A stretch of 64,000 nt of DNA from positions 256,001 through 320,000 of the forward strand of contig CAVSZB010000003.1 of NCBI GenBank assembly GCA_963732385.1, given 5' to 3'. The position numbers were made by a program, and so were the translations under genes. A model generated the notes under the pieces. That model saw nothing but the letters and a program-made list of their open reading frames with translations, had not been told where the DNA came from and did no database searches. Numbering within the stretch: the first letter of the stretch is position 1; each line of letters opens with the position of its first letter. This DNA is from an uncultured bacterium. GTDB lineage: Bacteria > Krumholzibacteriota > Krumholzibacteriia > LZORAL124-64-63. This document shows positions 34,535-44,598 of the stretch, in pieces.

Positions 34535-35221
34535 ATGGACTCGACCGGGAGAGCTGCGCGGCTGGCCGGACTGCTGTACCTGCCGGTGGTGATTGGCGGG
34601 CCGTTCGTGCTCCTCTACGTGCCGGGCAAGGTGTTCGTGTCCGGAGACGCCAGCGCGACGGTCAACAGCATCCTGGCGCACGAGTCGTTGTTCCGGGCCG
34701 GCATCGCGGTCGGGATCGTCTCGGAGCTGTTTTTCGTGGGCGCCATCCTGGCCCTGTACCGCCTGCTCAGGGACGTCGGCCAGACGCTGGCGGCGCTCAT
34801 GGCCCTGCTGATCCTGTTCGATGTTCCGCTGGCGTTCCTGAGCACTGCCAACCAGGTGGCCACTCTGACGCTCGCTCGCGGCGCCGATTTCCTGGCCGCC
34901 TTCGAGCAGCCGCAGCGGGATGCGCTCGTGCTTCTGCTGCTCAAGTTCGACAGTGCCGGAGCGCTGGTGTCGCAGGTCCTGTGGGGGCTGTGGCTGCTGC
35001 CGCTGGGCCTGCTCGTGTACCGCTCCCGCTTTCTTCCCCGATTTCTCGGCCTCTGGCTGCTTCTCAACGGCCTCGCCTATGTCGTGATGAGCGCGACGGG
35101 ACTGTTCTTTCCCGACGATTTCAAGCTGGTGCGCAACCTCGCCATGCCGGCCCTCTTCGGCGAAATGGTGTTGATGCTGTGGCTGCTCATCAGGGGCGCC
35201 CGTCGGCCGGTCATCCCCTGA
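34535..35221 (+). CDS. DUF4386 family membrane protein
   Basis: ARLAGLLYL, LWGLWLLPLGLLVYRSRFLPRFLG, GEMVLMLWLLIRG. Confidence 0.85.
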   Translation: MDSTGRAARLAGLLYLPVVIGGPFVLLYVPGKVFVSGDASATVNSILAHESLFRAGIAVGIVSELFFVGAILALYRLLRDVGQTLAALMALLILFDVPLAFLSTANQVATLTLARGADFLAAFEQPQRDALVLLLLKFDSAGALVSQVLWGLWLLPLGLLVYRSRFLPRFLGLWLLLNGLAYVVMSATGLFFPDDFKLVRNLAMPALFGEMVLMLWLLIRGARRPVIP

Positions 35222-37139
35222 TGGCCGACAGGAACAGCTCCCCGTACCGCGCCAGCTTCGTCTCCCCGACTCCCTTCACCTCGAGCAGCTCCGCTTCGTC
35301 GCGCGGCTTCAGGCGCGCCATTTCGCGCAGCGTGGCGTCGGAGAAGACGACGTACGGTGGCACGCTCTCGCGCTGGGCGATTTCGCGGCGCAGGGCGCGC
35401 AGCCGCTCGAACAGGTCGGTGTCGACGCCGCTCCACTCCGCGCCGGCGTGGGTGGCGGCCGCGGCGCGCTTGCCTTTCGCCCCTTTCCTCCCCTTCGGCA
35501 CCGGCTCTTTGCCCTCCGCCCCGCGCCAGAACCGCGTCAGGCGCGGGGCCTCCTGGCCTTGCAGCACGGCGCGCCCCTGCTCGGTCACCCGGACGATCGG
35601 GAAGCGGCGGGCGCCGCTGATCTTCTCCACCATCTCGAGGGCGTTCTGGGCGATGAGCTGGTCGATCCAGGCGCGCACGGTGGCGTCGGACTCGTCGCGC
35701 AGCAGGCCGTGGACCGACAGTTCGTTGTGGCGCAGGTCGCGGATCCGCTCGCCGTCGCTGCCGCGCAGGACCGCGGTCACGTGCGCGGCGCCGAAGGTGC
35801 TGCCGGTGCGCAGCACCGCCGAGAGGACTTTCTGGGCGGCGACGAGCGCCTCGCCAGCGGCCAGCGCGATGGTCTCGCCGAGGCAGACGTCGCAGGCATG
35901 GCAGTTGTCGGCTTCGCCCGGGACCGGCGCGGCGGGGGGCGGCGGGGCGCCGGCGTCGTCCGTCGGCGGCGGCCAGGGGCGCCCGAAGTGCTCGCTCAGC
36001 AGGCGGTGCCGGCAGACCGGCGCCACGGCGAACCGCGCGATCTGCGCGAGTTGCCGTTCAAGCGCGTTCTTCCGCTCCTCCGGCAGCGGGCCGTCCATTT
36101 CGGCCAGACGGCGGTGCGCCTGCAGGTCGGCGGCGCTGTAGAGGAGCGTACAGTCGGCCGGCAGGCCGTCGCGGCCGGCGCGCCCCGACTCCTGCTGGTA
36201 GTGCTCCACGCTGCGCGGCGCGTTGGCATGGATGACGAAGCGGACGTTCGAGCGGTCGATGCCCATGCCGAAGGCGATCGTCGCCACCACGACGGCGAGG
36301 TCCTCGTTGAGAAACGCCGTCTGCGTGGCGGCGCGCTCGGCCGCGCCGAGGCCGGCGTGGTAGGGGGCGGCCCGCACGCCGGCTCCCTGCAGGCGTGTGG
36401 CGATGCGCTCGACCTCCCGCCGCGTCTGCGCGTAGACGATGCCCCCCTCGCCGGCGTGGCGGCGCACCGCGGCGAGCAGCTGGATGTCGGTGTCGTGCCG
36501 CGGGAACGCGCGATAGACGAGGTTGGGACGGTCAGGGTGTCCGATGAGGACGAGCGGGTCGCGCAGCGCGAGCTGCTCGATGACGTCGCGTTGGACCGCG
36601 GGCGTGGCCGTGGCGGTGAGGGCCATGCGCGGGACGCCTGGCGCCGCCGTGAAAAGTGGCGCGAGCTGCCTGTACTCGGGCCGGAAATCGTGTCCCCAGT
36701 GCGAAACGCAGTGCGCCTCGTCCACCGCGATCAGACCCAGGCGGGGCGCGAGCGCCTCCATCAGGTCGCCGAGCACGAGACGCTCCGGGCTGGCGTACAG
36801 CAGTTGCAGGTCGCCGGAGACCGCGTCGCGAAAGGCGCGGGCACGCTCCGCGGCGGCGAGATTGCTGTGCAGCGAGGCGGCGGTCAGGCCGGCCTGGCGC
36901 GCCGCGGCCACCTGGTCGTCCATCAGGGCGATGAGCGGCGACACGACCAGCGTCAGCCCCGCGCCGGCGGCGGCCGGCAGCTGGTAGCAAAGGCTCTTGC
37001 CGCCGCCGGTCGGCAGGACGACGAGCGCGTCGCGCCCGGCAAGGGAGGCCTCGACGGCGGCGCGTTGCAGCGGGCGAAAGGTCTCGTAGCCCCACACGCG
37101 GCGCAGGACAGCAGCCGGATCGGCGCGATGGTCGCTCAC
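35211..37139 (-). CDS. recQ: ATP-dependent DNA helicase RecQ
   Basis: LPTGGGKSLCYQ, DEAHCVSHWGHDFRP, AFGMGID, QESGRAGRDG, Zn-binding, RQC and HRDC regions. Confidence 0.95.
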   Translation of the reverse strand: MSDHRADPAAVLRRVWGYETFRPLQRAAVEASLAGRDALVVLPTGGGKSLCYQLPAAAGAGLTLVVSPLIALMDDQVAAARQAGLTAASLHSNLAAAERARAFRDAVSGDLQLLYASPERLVLGDLMEALAPRLGLIAVDEAHCVSHWGHDFRPEYRQLAPLFTAAPGVPRMALTATATPAVQRDVIEQLALRDPLVLIGHPDRPNLVYRAFPRHDTDIQLLAAVRRHAGEGGIVYAQTRREVERIATRLQGAGVRAAPYHAGLGAAERAATQTAFLNEDLAVVVATIAFGMGIDRSNVRFVIHANAPRSVEHYQQESGRAGRDGLPADCTLLYSAADLQAHRRLAEMDGPLPEERKNALERQLAQIARFAVAPVCRHRLLSEHFGRPWPPPTDDAGAPPPPAAPVPGEADNCHACDVCLGETIALAAGEALVAAQKVLSAVLRTGSTFGAAHVTAVLRGSDGERIRDLRHNELSVHGLLRDESDATVRAWIDQLIAQNALEMVEKISGARRFPIVRVTEQGRAVLQGQEAPRLTRFWRGAEGKEPVPKGRKGAKGKRAAAATHAGAEWSGVDTDLFERLRALRREIAQRESVPPYVVFSDATLREMARLKPRDEAELLEVKGVGETKLARYGELFLSAIRG

Positions 37140-37324
37140 GGGAAATCTCCAGTCCGGGAGGACGTTGGGCGCGGTGTCCGCGCGACTGGCAAGGAACCAC
37201 TCCGGCGGCTCCGGGGCAAGGGGGGATCCTGGGGACGAAGGTCGGGGGTGGGTGGGGCGGGGGGTGGGTTCCCCCGGATACAGTTGCGGAAGCGGGAAGT
37301 GCGCAGGCTGAGGTGTGCGACATG

Positions 37325-37491
37325 GATTTTTGGTGCATCCAAATAGCCGTTGCTACGGAAGCAAAAAGTGCGCAGCGACGTTTGCCGGGAAGCGCGGGTT
37401 CCGGTCGCGTGGTATCGGGGTCGCTGTGGCGCCATGGGGCATGCAAAACAATTGCTCCCGTAGCAACGGCTATTTGGATGCGCCCGAAATC
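37325..37491. repeat. MITE/REP-like element with 30-bp inverted repeats
   Basis: 37335-37364 vs 37452-37481, 1 mismatch; imperfect extension to 37325/37491. Confidence 0.8.
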
Positions 37492-37616
37492 GCTCCGCGC
37501 CCCTGTCGGTTCGTGTGTCATTATGACATGCCAGTTCGTTTGTGCCGCGCCTGTACTGGTCCCCTCAGACGCCGATCCGGCGATTCCACGAGCAGGCCTC
37601 CTGATTGTAAGTATAT

Positions 37617-37677
37617 TATCGACATATTATTGCGAATTAGTCGGGCAGCAGGCCTCGCGCACGGCATGCCGGGTGCA
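37617..37677 (+). promoter_or_regulatory. Candidate sigma54 promoter with IHF-like site upstream of clpB
   Basis: TATCGACATATTA (37617-37629); CGGCAT-GCCGG-GTGCA (37662-37677, GG-N10-GC). Confidence 0.5.
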
Positions 37678-37726
37678 ATTGCGTCCGGACGCGGTGTCGG
37701 GGCGCCGCAGACAGGGAGTCGCTGAA

Positions 37727-40330
37727 ATGAAAAACTGGACCGTCAATGCCGCCGAAATCCTTCAGCAGGCCCAGAGCCGGGCCTACGAGATGGGTCATCC
37801 GGAGCTGGAGCCGGTCCATCTGCTCGACGCCATGCTGGCCGAACCGGGGCTGGCCTCCCAGACATTGCGCGCCCTGGAGCGTGATCCGCAGCTCATCGCG
37901 CGTACCGTGACGCAGGAGTTGAAGTCCCTGCCGGTGGCGCAGGTGAAGGAGCTGCCGACGTCCAGCCCCGAACTGCAGAAGCTGCTGCTGGAGGCGCAGA
38001 GCCTGGCGCCAAAGAGCGCGGGCGGCCTGGTCGGCACGCGCGAACTGCTGCTCGCTCTGGCGGCGGACAAGGGGCGCGCCGGCAGCGTGCTGCGCACCTT
38101 CGAAGTCACGCCCGACAAGGTCGCGCGGGCGTTCGCGCAGACCGGGGCCGCCGACACGTCGTACGCAGGAGGCGAGGAGGGCGAGGCCGGCAATGGGCAG
38201 AAGTCGGCGCTCGACCTGTACGCGCGCGATCTCTGCGCGCTCGCCCGGCAGGGGAAGATCGACCCGGTCATCGGGCGCGACGAGGAGATCCGGCGGGTGA
38301 TCCAGATCCTCAGCCGACGCACCAAGAACAACCCGGTGCTGGTGGGATCGCCCGGCGTCGGCAAGACCGCCGTCGTGGAGGGGCTCGCCCGCCGGCTCGT
38401 CGAGGGGGACGTGCCGGAGGGGCTGAAGGGCAAGCGTCTCTTGGCGCTCGACATGGGCGCATTGGTGGCCGGCACGAAGTACCGCGGCGAGTTCGAGGAC
38501 CGGCTCAAGAAGGTCGTACAGGAGGTCGTCGAGCAGGAGGGTGAGATCCTGCTGTTCATCGACGAGATGCACACGCTCGTCGGGGCGGGCGCGGCCGAGG
38601 GGGCGCTCGATGCGTCGAACATCCTCAAGCCGGCGCTCGCGCGCGGCGAGCTGCACTGCGTCGGGGCGACGACCGTGGAGGAGTACCGGCAGCACATCGA
38701 GAAGGACGCCGCCCTCGAACGCCGGTTCCAGCCGGTGCCGGTGGAGGAGCCGACGAGCGAGCAGGCAATCGCCATCCTGCGCGGGCTCAAGGAGAAGTAC
38801 GAGGTGCACCACGGCATCCGCATCTCCGACGGCGCGATCGTGGCGGCGGTGAAGCTGTCGCAGCGCTACATCAGCGATCGCATGCTGCCCGACAAGGCGA
38901 TCGACCTGATGGACGAGGCGGCCTCGCGGCTGCGCATGGAGATCGACTCGGTGCCGGGCGAGGTGGACGACCTGCAGCGGCGCATCAACCAGCTGGAGAT
39001 CGAGCGGCTGGCGCTGGCGAAGGAGACCGACCGCGGCGCCGTAACGCGTCGCGAGACCATCGACCACCAGCTCGTCGAGCTGCGCGAGGATCTGGCGAAG
39101 CTGCGCGCGCGGTGGGAGGAGGAGAAGGAGGCGATCGACGGCATCCGCAAGCTGCAGGAGCAGATCGAGCGGCTCGGTGTCGAGATGGAGGCGGCCGAGC
39201 GGCGGGGCGACCTCGCGCGGGCGGCCGAGCTCAAGTACGGGCGCAGGACGCAGATCGAACGCGAAATCGTGGATGCCAGGGCGCGCCTGGTCGCGGTCCA
39301 GGGCGACAATGCGCTGTTGAAGGAGGAGGTCGGCGAGGACGACATCGCCGAAATCGTGGCGCGGTGGACCGGTATCCCGTCGCGGCGGCTGGTGGAGGAC
39401 GAGACGCAGCGGCTGCGCGAGCTGGAATCACGGCTCGAGGCGCGCGTGGTGGGGCAGGACCACGCGGTCGAGCGCATCGCGCGGACGATCCGCCGCTCGC
39501 GCGCCGGGTTGACCGACCGCAACCGGCCGCTCGGATCGTTCCTGTTCCTCGGCCCGACCGGCGTCGGCAAGACCGAACTGGTGAAGGCGCTCACCGCCGA
39601 ATTGTTCGGCGACGAGAAGCACCTCGTGCGGCTCGACATGTCGGAATACATGGAGCGTCACGCCGTGGCGCGGATGATCGGCGCGCCTCCAGGCTACGTC
39701 GGGTTCGAGTCGGGCGGCCAGCTCACCGAGGCGGTGCGCCGGCACCCGTACAGCGTCATCCTGCTCGACGAGGTCGAGAAGGCGCACCCCGAAGTGATGA
39801 ACATCCTGCTGCAGCTGCTCGACGACGGCCGTCTCACCGACGGGAAAGGGCGCGTCGTGGACTTCCGCAATACGCTCGTCGTGATGACCTCGAACCTGGC
39901 GCAGGACGCCGCCTTCGAGGCGCGGCCGAACGCCGGACCGGAGGAGGAGCGCGAGGCCGAGAAGCGCCTGCTCGATGCTCTCGGCGGCCACTTCCGCCCG
40001 GAGTTCCTCAACCGCGTCGACGCGATCGTGCGTTTCCACGGACTGACGCGCGCGATGATCGAAACCATCGTCAGCCTGGAACTGGCGAAGGTGGGCCGCG
40101 CGCTCGCGGAGCAGGAGCTGCGCCTCGAGGCGACGCCGGCTGCCGTGGCGCGCCTGGCCGAACTCGGCTGGGACCCGGCGTTCGGAGCCCGGCCGGTGAA
40201 GCGGGTCATCCAGCGCGAGGTGCAGGACCGCATTGCGGACCTGATCCTGGCCGGAGGCGCGCACCCGGAGCAGCTGCTGGTGCTCGACGTGGCTGGCGAC
40301 GACTTCATGTTGCGGGTCGCCGGGCCGTGA
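37727..40330 (+). CDS. clpB: Chaperone ClpB
   Basis: [20 protein letters not shown], coiled-coil M domain (AAELKYG), [21 protein letters not shown]. Confidence 0.95.
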   Translation: MKNWTVNAAEILQQAQSRAYEMGHPELEPVHLLDAMLAEPGLASQTLRALERDPQLIARTVTQELKSLPVAQVKELPTSSPELQKLLLEAQSLAPKSAGGLVGTRELLLALAADKGRAGSVLRTFEVTPDKVARAFAQTGAADTSYAGGEEGEAGNGQKSALDLYARDLCALARQGKIDPVIGRDEEIRRVIQILSRRTKNNPVLVGSPGVGKTAVVEGLARRLVEGDVPEGLKGKRLLALDMGALVAGTKYRGEFEDRLKKVVQEVVEQEGEILLFIDEMHTLVGAGAAEGALDASNILKPALARGELHCVGATTVEEYRQHIEKDAALERRFQPVPVEEPTSEQAIAILRGLKEKYEVHHGIRISDGAIVAAVKLSQRYISDRMLPDKAIDLMDEAASRLRMEIDSVPGEVDDLQRRINQLEIERLALAKETDRGAVTRRETIDHQLVELREDLAKLRARWEEEKEAIDGIRKLQEQIERLGVEMEAAERRGDLARAAELKYGRRTQIEREIVDARARLVAVQGDNALLKEEVGEDDIAEIVARWTGIPSRRLVEDETQRLRELESRLEARVVGQDHAVERIARTIRRSRAGLTDRNRPLGSFLFLGPTGVGKTELVKALTAELFGDEKHLVRLDMSEYMERHAVARMIGAPPGYVGFESGGQLTEAVRRHPYSVILLDEVEKAHPEVMNILLQLLDDGRLTDGKGRVVDFRNTLVVMTSNLAQDAAFEARPNAGPEEEREAEKRLLDALGGHFRPEFLNRVDAIVRFHGLTRAMIETIVSLELAKVGRALAEQELRLEATPAAVARLAELGWDPAFGARPVKRVIQREVQDRIADLILAGGAHPEQLLVLDVAGDDFMLRVAGP

Positions 40331-40436
40331 CCGGCCGGCCCGACGCGGGTGATCGGCCATGGCCCGATCACCGTGATGACCGCCGCCTCCTTCTACTTTG
40401 TCGTCGAGAATCACAATCGCAAAATATACGACAATT

Positions 40437-40452
40437 TGGTATGGCTTCTGCA
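40437..40452 (+). promoter_or_regulatory. Candidate sigma54 promoter of the porin-cytochrome operon
   Basis: TGGTAT-GGCTT-CTGCA (GG-N10-GC) in an AT-rich intergenic region. Confidence 0.5.
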
Positions 40453-40576
40453 ATCAGGATGGCCAATAATGGCTGAATTGTACGTCTGAAGTTCGGGCGA
40501 CCTATTGCAAGTCCGCTGTTATCAGGTTTTTGTCGGCCAGGGCGCCAGAACCCCCCTCGCGAAGGAAACGGTCATC

Positions 40577-41905
40577 ATGGAACTGCCCGGGCTCTACAGC
40601 CGTGCATTTTATTGCCGCGGCGGCGCTGTTCTGGCCACCGTGCTGGGGATCATGGCGGTGGCCGGAGCGGCCGGGGCCGGTGAGCTGCAGCTGCTCACGC
40701 CGGAGCCTTCGTGGAGCTTCGGCCTGCGCTCGACCGGCTACGCCTTCCAGACGGAGGACCGGCTTGGCGCGGGCGCCGACCAATTCCGCTTCTACCAGCA
40801 GTTCGCGGGCAGCGCGACGGGGTTGGCGGGGGGGCGGATCACGTTGCGAGGGTCGGGTCGTCTCGCCAGCAGTCCGGCTTCGTCGTCGACCGACTTCACG
40901 AACGCGCGGCTCTACACCGGCTATCTCGAGGCCCGTCTCGCGCCGCGGCTGCGCGCGCGCGTCGGCCGGCAGTTCCTGCAGAGCGGCGTTGCCGGTCTGA
41001 CGCTCGATGGTGCATCGCTGACCTGCGGTTTGGCGCGGGGGTCCGAGGCTTTGATCTGGGGCGGCGCGCGGGCGCCGTCGGGCAACACGTATGCGTTGGG
41101 CAGATTCGACGAAGAAATTGCCGCCGGCGGCCGATTCAGGCTGGCGCTGGCGCCGGCGCACCGGCTCGGGTTTTCCGGCGCCTACCGCGAGCGGGACGGA
41201 GTCGTGAGCGAGCGTCCGGTCGGGTTCGAGTACACGACGACGGCGGTCCGCCACCTGCGCGCCCTCGCGCGGGCGGCCTACGATCTGGAAGGCGATCGCT
41301 GGGCGCGCCTCGAGGCACAGGGCACGTGGCAGGTCGCGCCGCAGCGCCCCGCCGTAACGCTGCAGTTCATGGATCGCCACCCCTCCGTTGACGCGGCGTC
41401 TTGGTTCGCCCGTTTCGTGGATGTGAAGCGGATCCGGCTGGCGCGCGGCGCGGTGCGCTGGGAGCAGCGCTCGCGCTACGGAGGCGAACTGGAGTATATG
41501 GGTTCCTTCGTCGACACGCGCGCCTCGTCGCGGGTGGGGTTGGCGCTGCTGATGCCCAACGCCCGCCTTGGCTACTCGGTGCGGTTCGGCGACGCAGGCG
41601 AGGAGAACAGCCTCTACGGCGAGGCGGGCTGGCAGGCCGCCCCGTGGTTGCGTCTCGAGGGGGAGGCGTCGTACCTGACCTACGCCCTGATCACCGACGC
41701 CCCCGCGTCGGACGAACGGGATCTCACCACGCTCGCGGCGCGGTTTTGCGCCCGGCTCCGTCCCGGCCTGGATGTCACGGCCGAGGTGCAGCGTCTCGAC
41801 AATCCGCTCTACTCGAGCGATATCCGTTTCCTGCTGGGCGTCGATCTGGCCATGGCGCGCGGGACTTCGCGCTACGGCCTCGACCGGGGAGGCTGGCTGC
41901 GATGA
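40577..41905 (+). CDS. Putative outer-membrane beta-barrel protein (porin)
   Basis: Signal peptide; many amphipathic strands (RLYTGYLEA, RARVGRQF, LDGASL, RFLLGVDL); overlaps the cytochrome gene (ATGA). Confidence 0.7.
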   Translation: MELPGLYSRAFYCRGGAVLATVLGIMAVAGAAGAGELQLLTPEPSWSFGLRSTGYAFQTEDRLGAGADQFRFYQQFAGSATGLAGGRITLRGSGRLASSPASSSTDFTNARLYTGYLEARLAPRLRARVGRQFLQSGVAGLTLDGASLTCGLARGSEALIWGGARAPSGNTYALGRFDEEIAAGGRFRLALAPAHRLGFSGAYRERDGVVSERPVGFEYTTTAVRHLRALARAAYDLEGDRWARLEAQGTWQVAPQRPAVTLQFMDRHPSVDAASWFARFVDVKRIRLARGAVRWEQRSRYGGELEYMGSFVDTRASSRVGLALLMPNARLGYSVRFGDAGEENSLYGEAGWQAAPWLRLEGEASYLTYALITDAPASDERDLTTLAARFCARLRPGLDVTAEVQRLDNPLYSSDIRFLLGVDLAMARGTSRYGLDRGGWLR

Positions 41906-42774
41906 GGTTGCCGATCATCCTGACCGTAACGTTGCTGGCCGCGGGCGCGGCGGCGGCCGCCGAGACCGTTCAGCCGGACCGCCTCGTCATGCCGCACCGC
42001 ACGCACTTCGAGGCCGGCGTCGAGTGCGCGACCTGCCACGCAGGGGTGGCCGAATCGCGCAGCGCGCGCGACAACCTGCGCCCCGGCATGGACGACTGCG
42101 GCGCCTGTCACGACATCGCTGACGACACAGGCTGCGCCACGTGCCACACGAACGTCGATGCGATCGAGCCGGTCGCGCGCCCGGCGTTCCCCGCGGAAAA
42201 GTTCGCTCACGCCGCCCATCTCGGTCGGAACATGGCCTGCGCCGCCTGCCACGGCGATCCGGCCGTGGTCGCGCCGCGGCTCCCGGCCAAGCCCGACTGC
42301 CGCGTCTGCCACGCCACCGCCGACGACTACGGTGACTGCCGCCTCTGCCACGCCGACCGCGCGAACCTGCGTCCGGTCTCGCACGGCGCCTTCTGGGCGA
42401 ATCGCCACGGCGGCCAGGCGCGCGAAAACGCGGCGCTCTGCGCCACCTGTCACACGCAGACCTCTTGCCAGACCTGCCATGCCGGCGACAACGTCCGCCC
42501 GCGGACGCATCCCCTGAACTTCGTCTTCAATCACGGCATCAGGGCGCGGGGCAACGAGCAGGACTGCGCCACCTGCCACGGCGAGCCGGAATTCTGCAGC
42601 TCCTGCCACGTCGCCGAGCGGGTGTTGCCCGACAGCCACTCGCGGGCCGGCTGGGTCCGCCTGCCGGACGGCGGCCGGCACGCCGTCGACGGCGTTTTTG
42701 AAATCGAAAGCTGCATCGCCTGCCACAGTGACGGCAAGGGCGCACCGACCTGCGCCGCCTGCCACGGAGGCTGA
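41902..42774 (+). CDS. Periplasmic multiheme cytochrome c, 12 CxxCH
   Basis: Sec-type signal peptide; 12 CxxCH motifs counted in 290 aa; c3/c7-like HxxH motifs. Confidence 0.92.
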   Translation: MRLPIILTVTLLAAGAAAAAETVQPDRLVMPHRTHFEAGVECATCHAGVAESRSARDNLRPGMDDCGACHDIADDTGCATCHTNVDAIEPVARPAFPAEKFAHAAHLGRNMACAACHGDPAVVAPRLPAKPDCRVCHATADDYGDCRLCHADRANLRPVSHGAFWANRHGGQARENAALCATCHTQTSCQTCHAGDNVRPRTHPLNFVFNHGIRARGNEQDCATCHGEPEFCSSCHVAERVLPDSHSRAGWVRLPDGGRHAVDGVFEIESCIACHSDGKGAPTCAACHGG

Positions 42775-42779
42775 GCCGC

Positions 42780-44540
42780 ATGACACATCACGACAGACTT
42801 GCGTTGCCGCCCCGCCTGGCTCTGCTGCTGCTGGCCGGCCTGGGGCTGATCGCGCTGGCCGGCTGCGCGGAGCGCGACGTCGATCCCGATTTCGGCGCCC
42901 ATCCCGCGGACTGGAACCGGACCGCCTCGCCCGATTTCCACGGCGAATACGTGAAGGCGAGGGGGCTGACCTCCTGCCGGAGTTGCCATGCGTTCGACCT
43001 GCACGGCACCGCCGACGTTCCGGGTTGCTACGCCTGCCACGACGGGCCTGGCGGGCATCCGGTCGGATGGTCTGCGGCGCAGGCTCATGGCGTCGAGGTG
43101 AGCACGAACGGTTCGTCCACCTGCGCCGTCTGTCATGGCGATGACTACCGCGGGGGCTGGAGCGGCGTCTCCTGCTACACCTGTCACGACGGCCCCACCG
43201 GCGCCCATCCCGACGGGTGGGCCGACGCGAGCCAGCACGGCGTCTTCGTGCACGACAACAGCGCCTCGTCGTGCACCATGTGTCACGGTGCCGACTACCT
43301 CGGCGGCACGAGCGGAATCTCCTGCTTCACCTGCCACGACGGGCCGGGCGGCCATCCGGTCGACTGGGCTCTGCGCGTCAATCACGGGGCGGACGTCGTT
43401 GCGAACGGCTCCACCTCCTGCACCGCCTGCCACGGCGCCGACTATCTGGGCGGCTGGAGCACCGTCTCCTGCTACAGCTGCCACGACGGCCCCACCGGCG
43501 CCCACCCCGACGGCTGGGCCGACCCGGCGCAGCACGGCGTCTTCGTGCGCGACAACAGCGCCTCGTCGTGCACGACGTGCCACGGCGCCGACTACCTCGG
43601 CGGCACGAGCGGAATCTCCTGCTACACCTGTCACGACGGTCCGGGCGGCCATCCGGTCGACTGGGCGCTGCGCGTCAATCACGGGGCGGATGTCGTCGCC
43701 AACGGCTCCACCTCCTGCACCTCCTGCCACGGCGCCGACTACCTGGGTGGATGGAGCACCGTCTCCTGCTACACCTGTCACGACGGCCCCACCGGCGCCC
43801 ATCCCGACGGGTGGGCCGACGCGAGCCAGCACGGCGTCTTCGTGCGCGACAACAGCGCCTCGTCGTGCACGACGTGCCACGGCGCCGACTACCTCGGCGG
43901 CACGAGCGGAATCTCCTGCTACACCTGTCACGACGGTCCGGGCGGCCATCCGGTCGACTGGGCGCTGCGCGTCAATCACGGGGCGGATGTCGTCGCCAAC
44001 GGCTCCACCTCCTGCACCTCCTGCCACGGCGCCGACTACCTGGGTGGATGGAGCACCGTCTCCTGCTACACCTGTCACGACGGCCCCACCGGCTCTCACC
44101 CCGACGGGTGGGCCGACCCGGCGCAGCATGGCGCGGCGGTCCGCTTGAGCGGCGCTTCATCCTGCACGTCATGTCACGGCGCGGATTATTTCGGCGGCAC
44201 GAGCGGGGTGTCGTGCTTCACCTGCCACGACGGCCCGGGCGGCCATCTGGTCGGCTGGGTCGATCCCGCCAACCACGGCATTGCGGTGGTGAACGAAAGC
44301 GCCCTCGACTGCCGGACCTGCCACGGCACCGACTACAGCGGCGGCTGGAGCACGATCTCCTGCTACACCTGCCACGACGGCCCGGGTGGCCACCCCGTGA
44401 ACTGGCGGCGGAGGTCCCTGCACGGAGTCTACGCCGACACATACGGCACCCACGAGTGCGCGGCGTGCCACGGGCAGGACTTCCGTGGCAGCTGGACCGG
44501 CGTTTCCTGCTACCAGTGCCACGACGGGCCCAATCCCTGA
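42780..44540 (+). CDS. Lipoprotein multiheme cytochrome c, 22 CxxCH in 11 diheme modules
   Basis: Lipobox LAGC; repeated H(P)xxW-x5-H-x11-CxxCH-x12-CxxCH. Confidence 0.93.
   Translation: MTHHDRLALPPRLALLLLAGLGLIALAGCAERDVDPDFGAHPADWNRTASPDFHGEYVKARGLTSCRSCHAFDLHGTADVPGCYACHDGPGGHPVGWSAAQAHGVEVSTNGSSTCAVCHGDDYRGGWSGVSCYTCHDGPTGAHPDGWADASQHGVFVHDNSASSCTMCHGADYLGGTSGISCFTCHDGPGGHPVDWALRVNHGADVVANGSTSCTACHGADYLGGWSTVSCYSCHDGPTGAHPDGWADPAQHGVFVRDNSASSCTTCHGADYLGGTSGISCYTCHDGPGGHPVDWALRVNHGADVVANGSTSCTSCHGADYLGGWSTVSCYTCHDGPTGAHPDGWADASQHGVFVRDNSASSCTTCHGADYLGGTSGISCYTCHDGPGGHPVDWALRVNHGADVVANGSTSCTSCHGADYLGGWSTVSCYTCHDGPTGSHPDGWADPAQHGAAVRLSGASSCTSCHGADYFGGTSGVSCFTCHDGPGGHLVGWVDPANHGIAVVNESALDCRTCHGTDYSGGWSTISCYTCHDGPGGHPVNWRRRSLHGVYADTYGTHECAACHGQDFRGSWTGVSCYQCHDGPNP
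43167..44354 (+). repeat. 297-bp in-frame tandem repeat (three close copies plus a diverged fourth)
   Basis: gtctcctgctaca recurs at 43167, 43464, 43761 and 44058. Confidence 0.92.
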
Positions 44541-44547
44541 CGCACGG

Positions 44548-44586
44548 CGGCGGCGGCGTGTCCCGATCACGGACGCGCCGCCGCCG
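44548..44586. terminator. GC-rich hairpin between convergent genes
   Basis: cggcggcggcgtgtcc/ggacgcgccgccgccg; no U tract. Confidence 0.45.
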
Positions 44587-44598
44587 GTCGCCGCGTCC

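Noticed and set aside
37229..37268. G-rich tracts (also about 4778-4792) as functional G-quadruplexes
   Set aside because: Expected at this GC content and skew; homopolymer lengths are unreliable here; no other support
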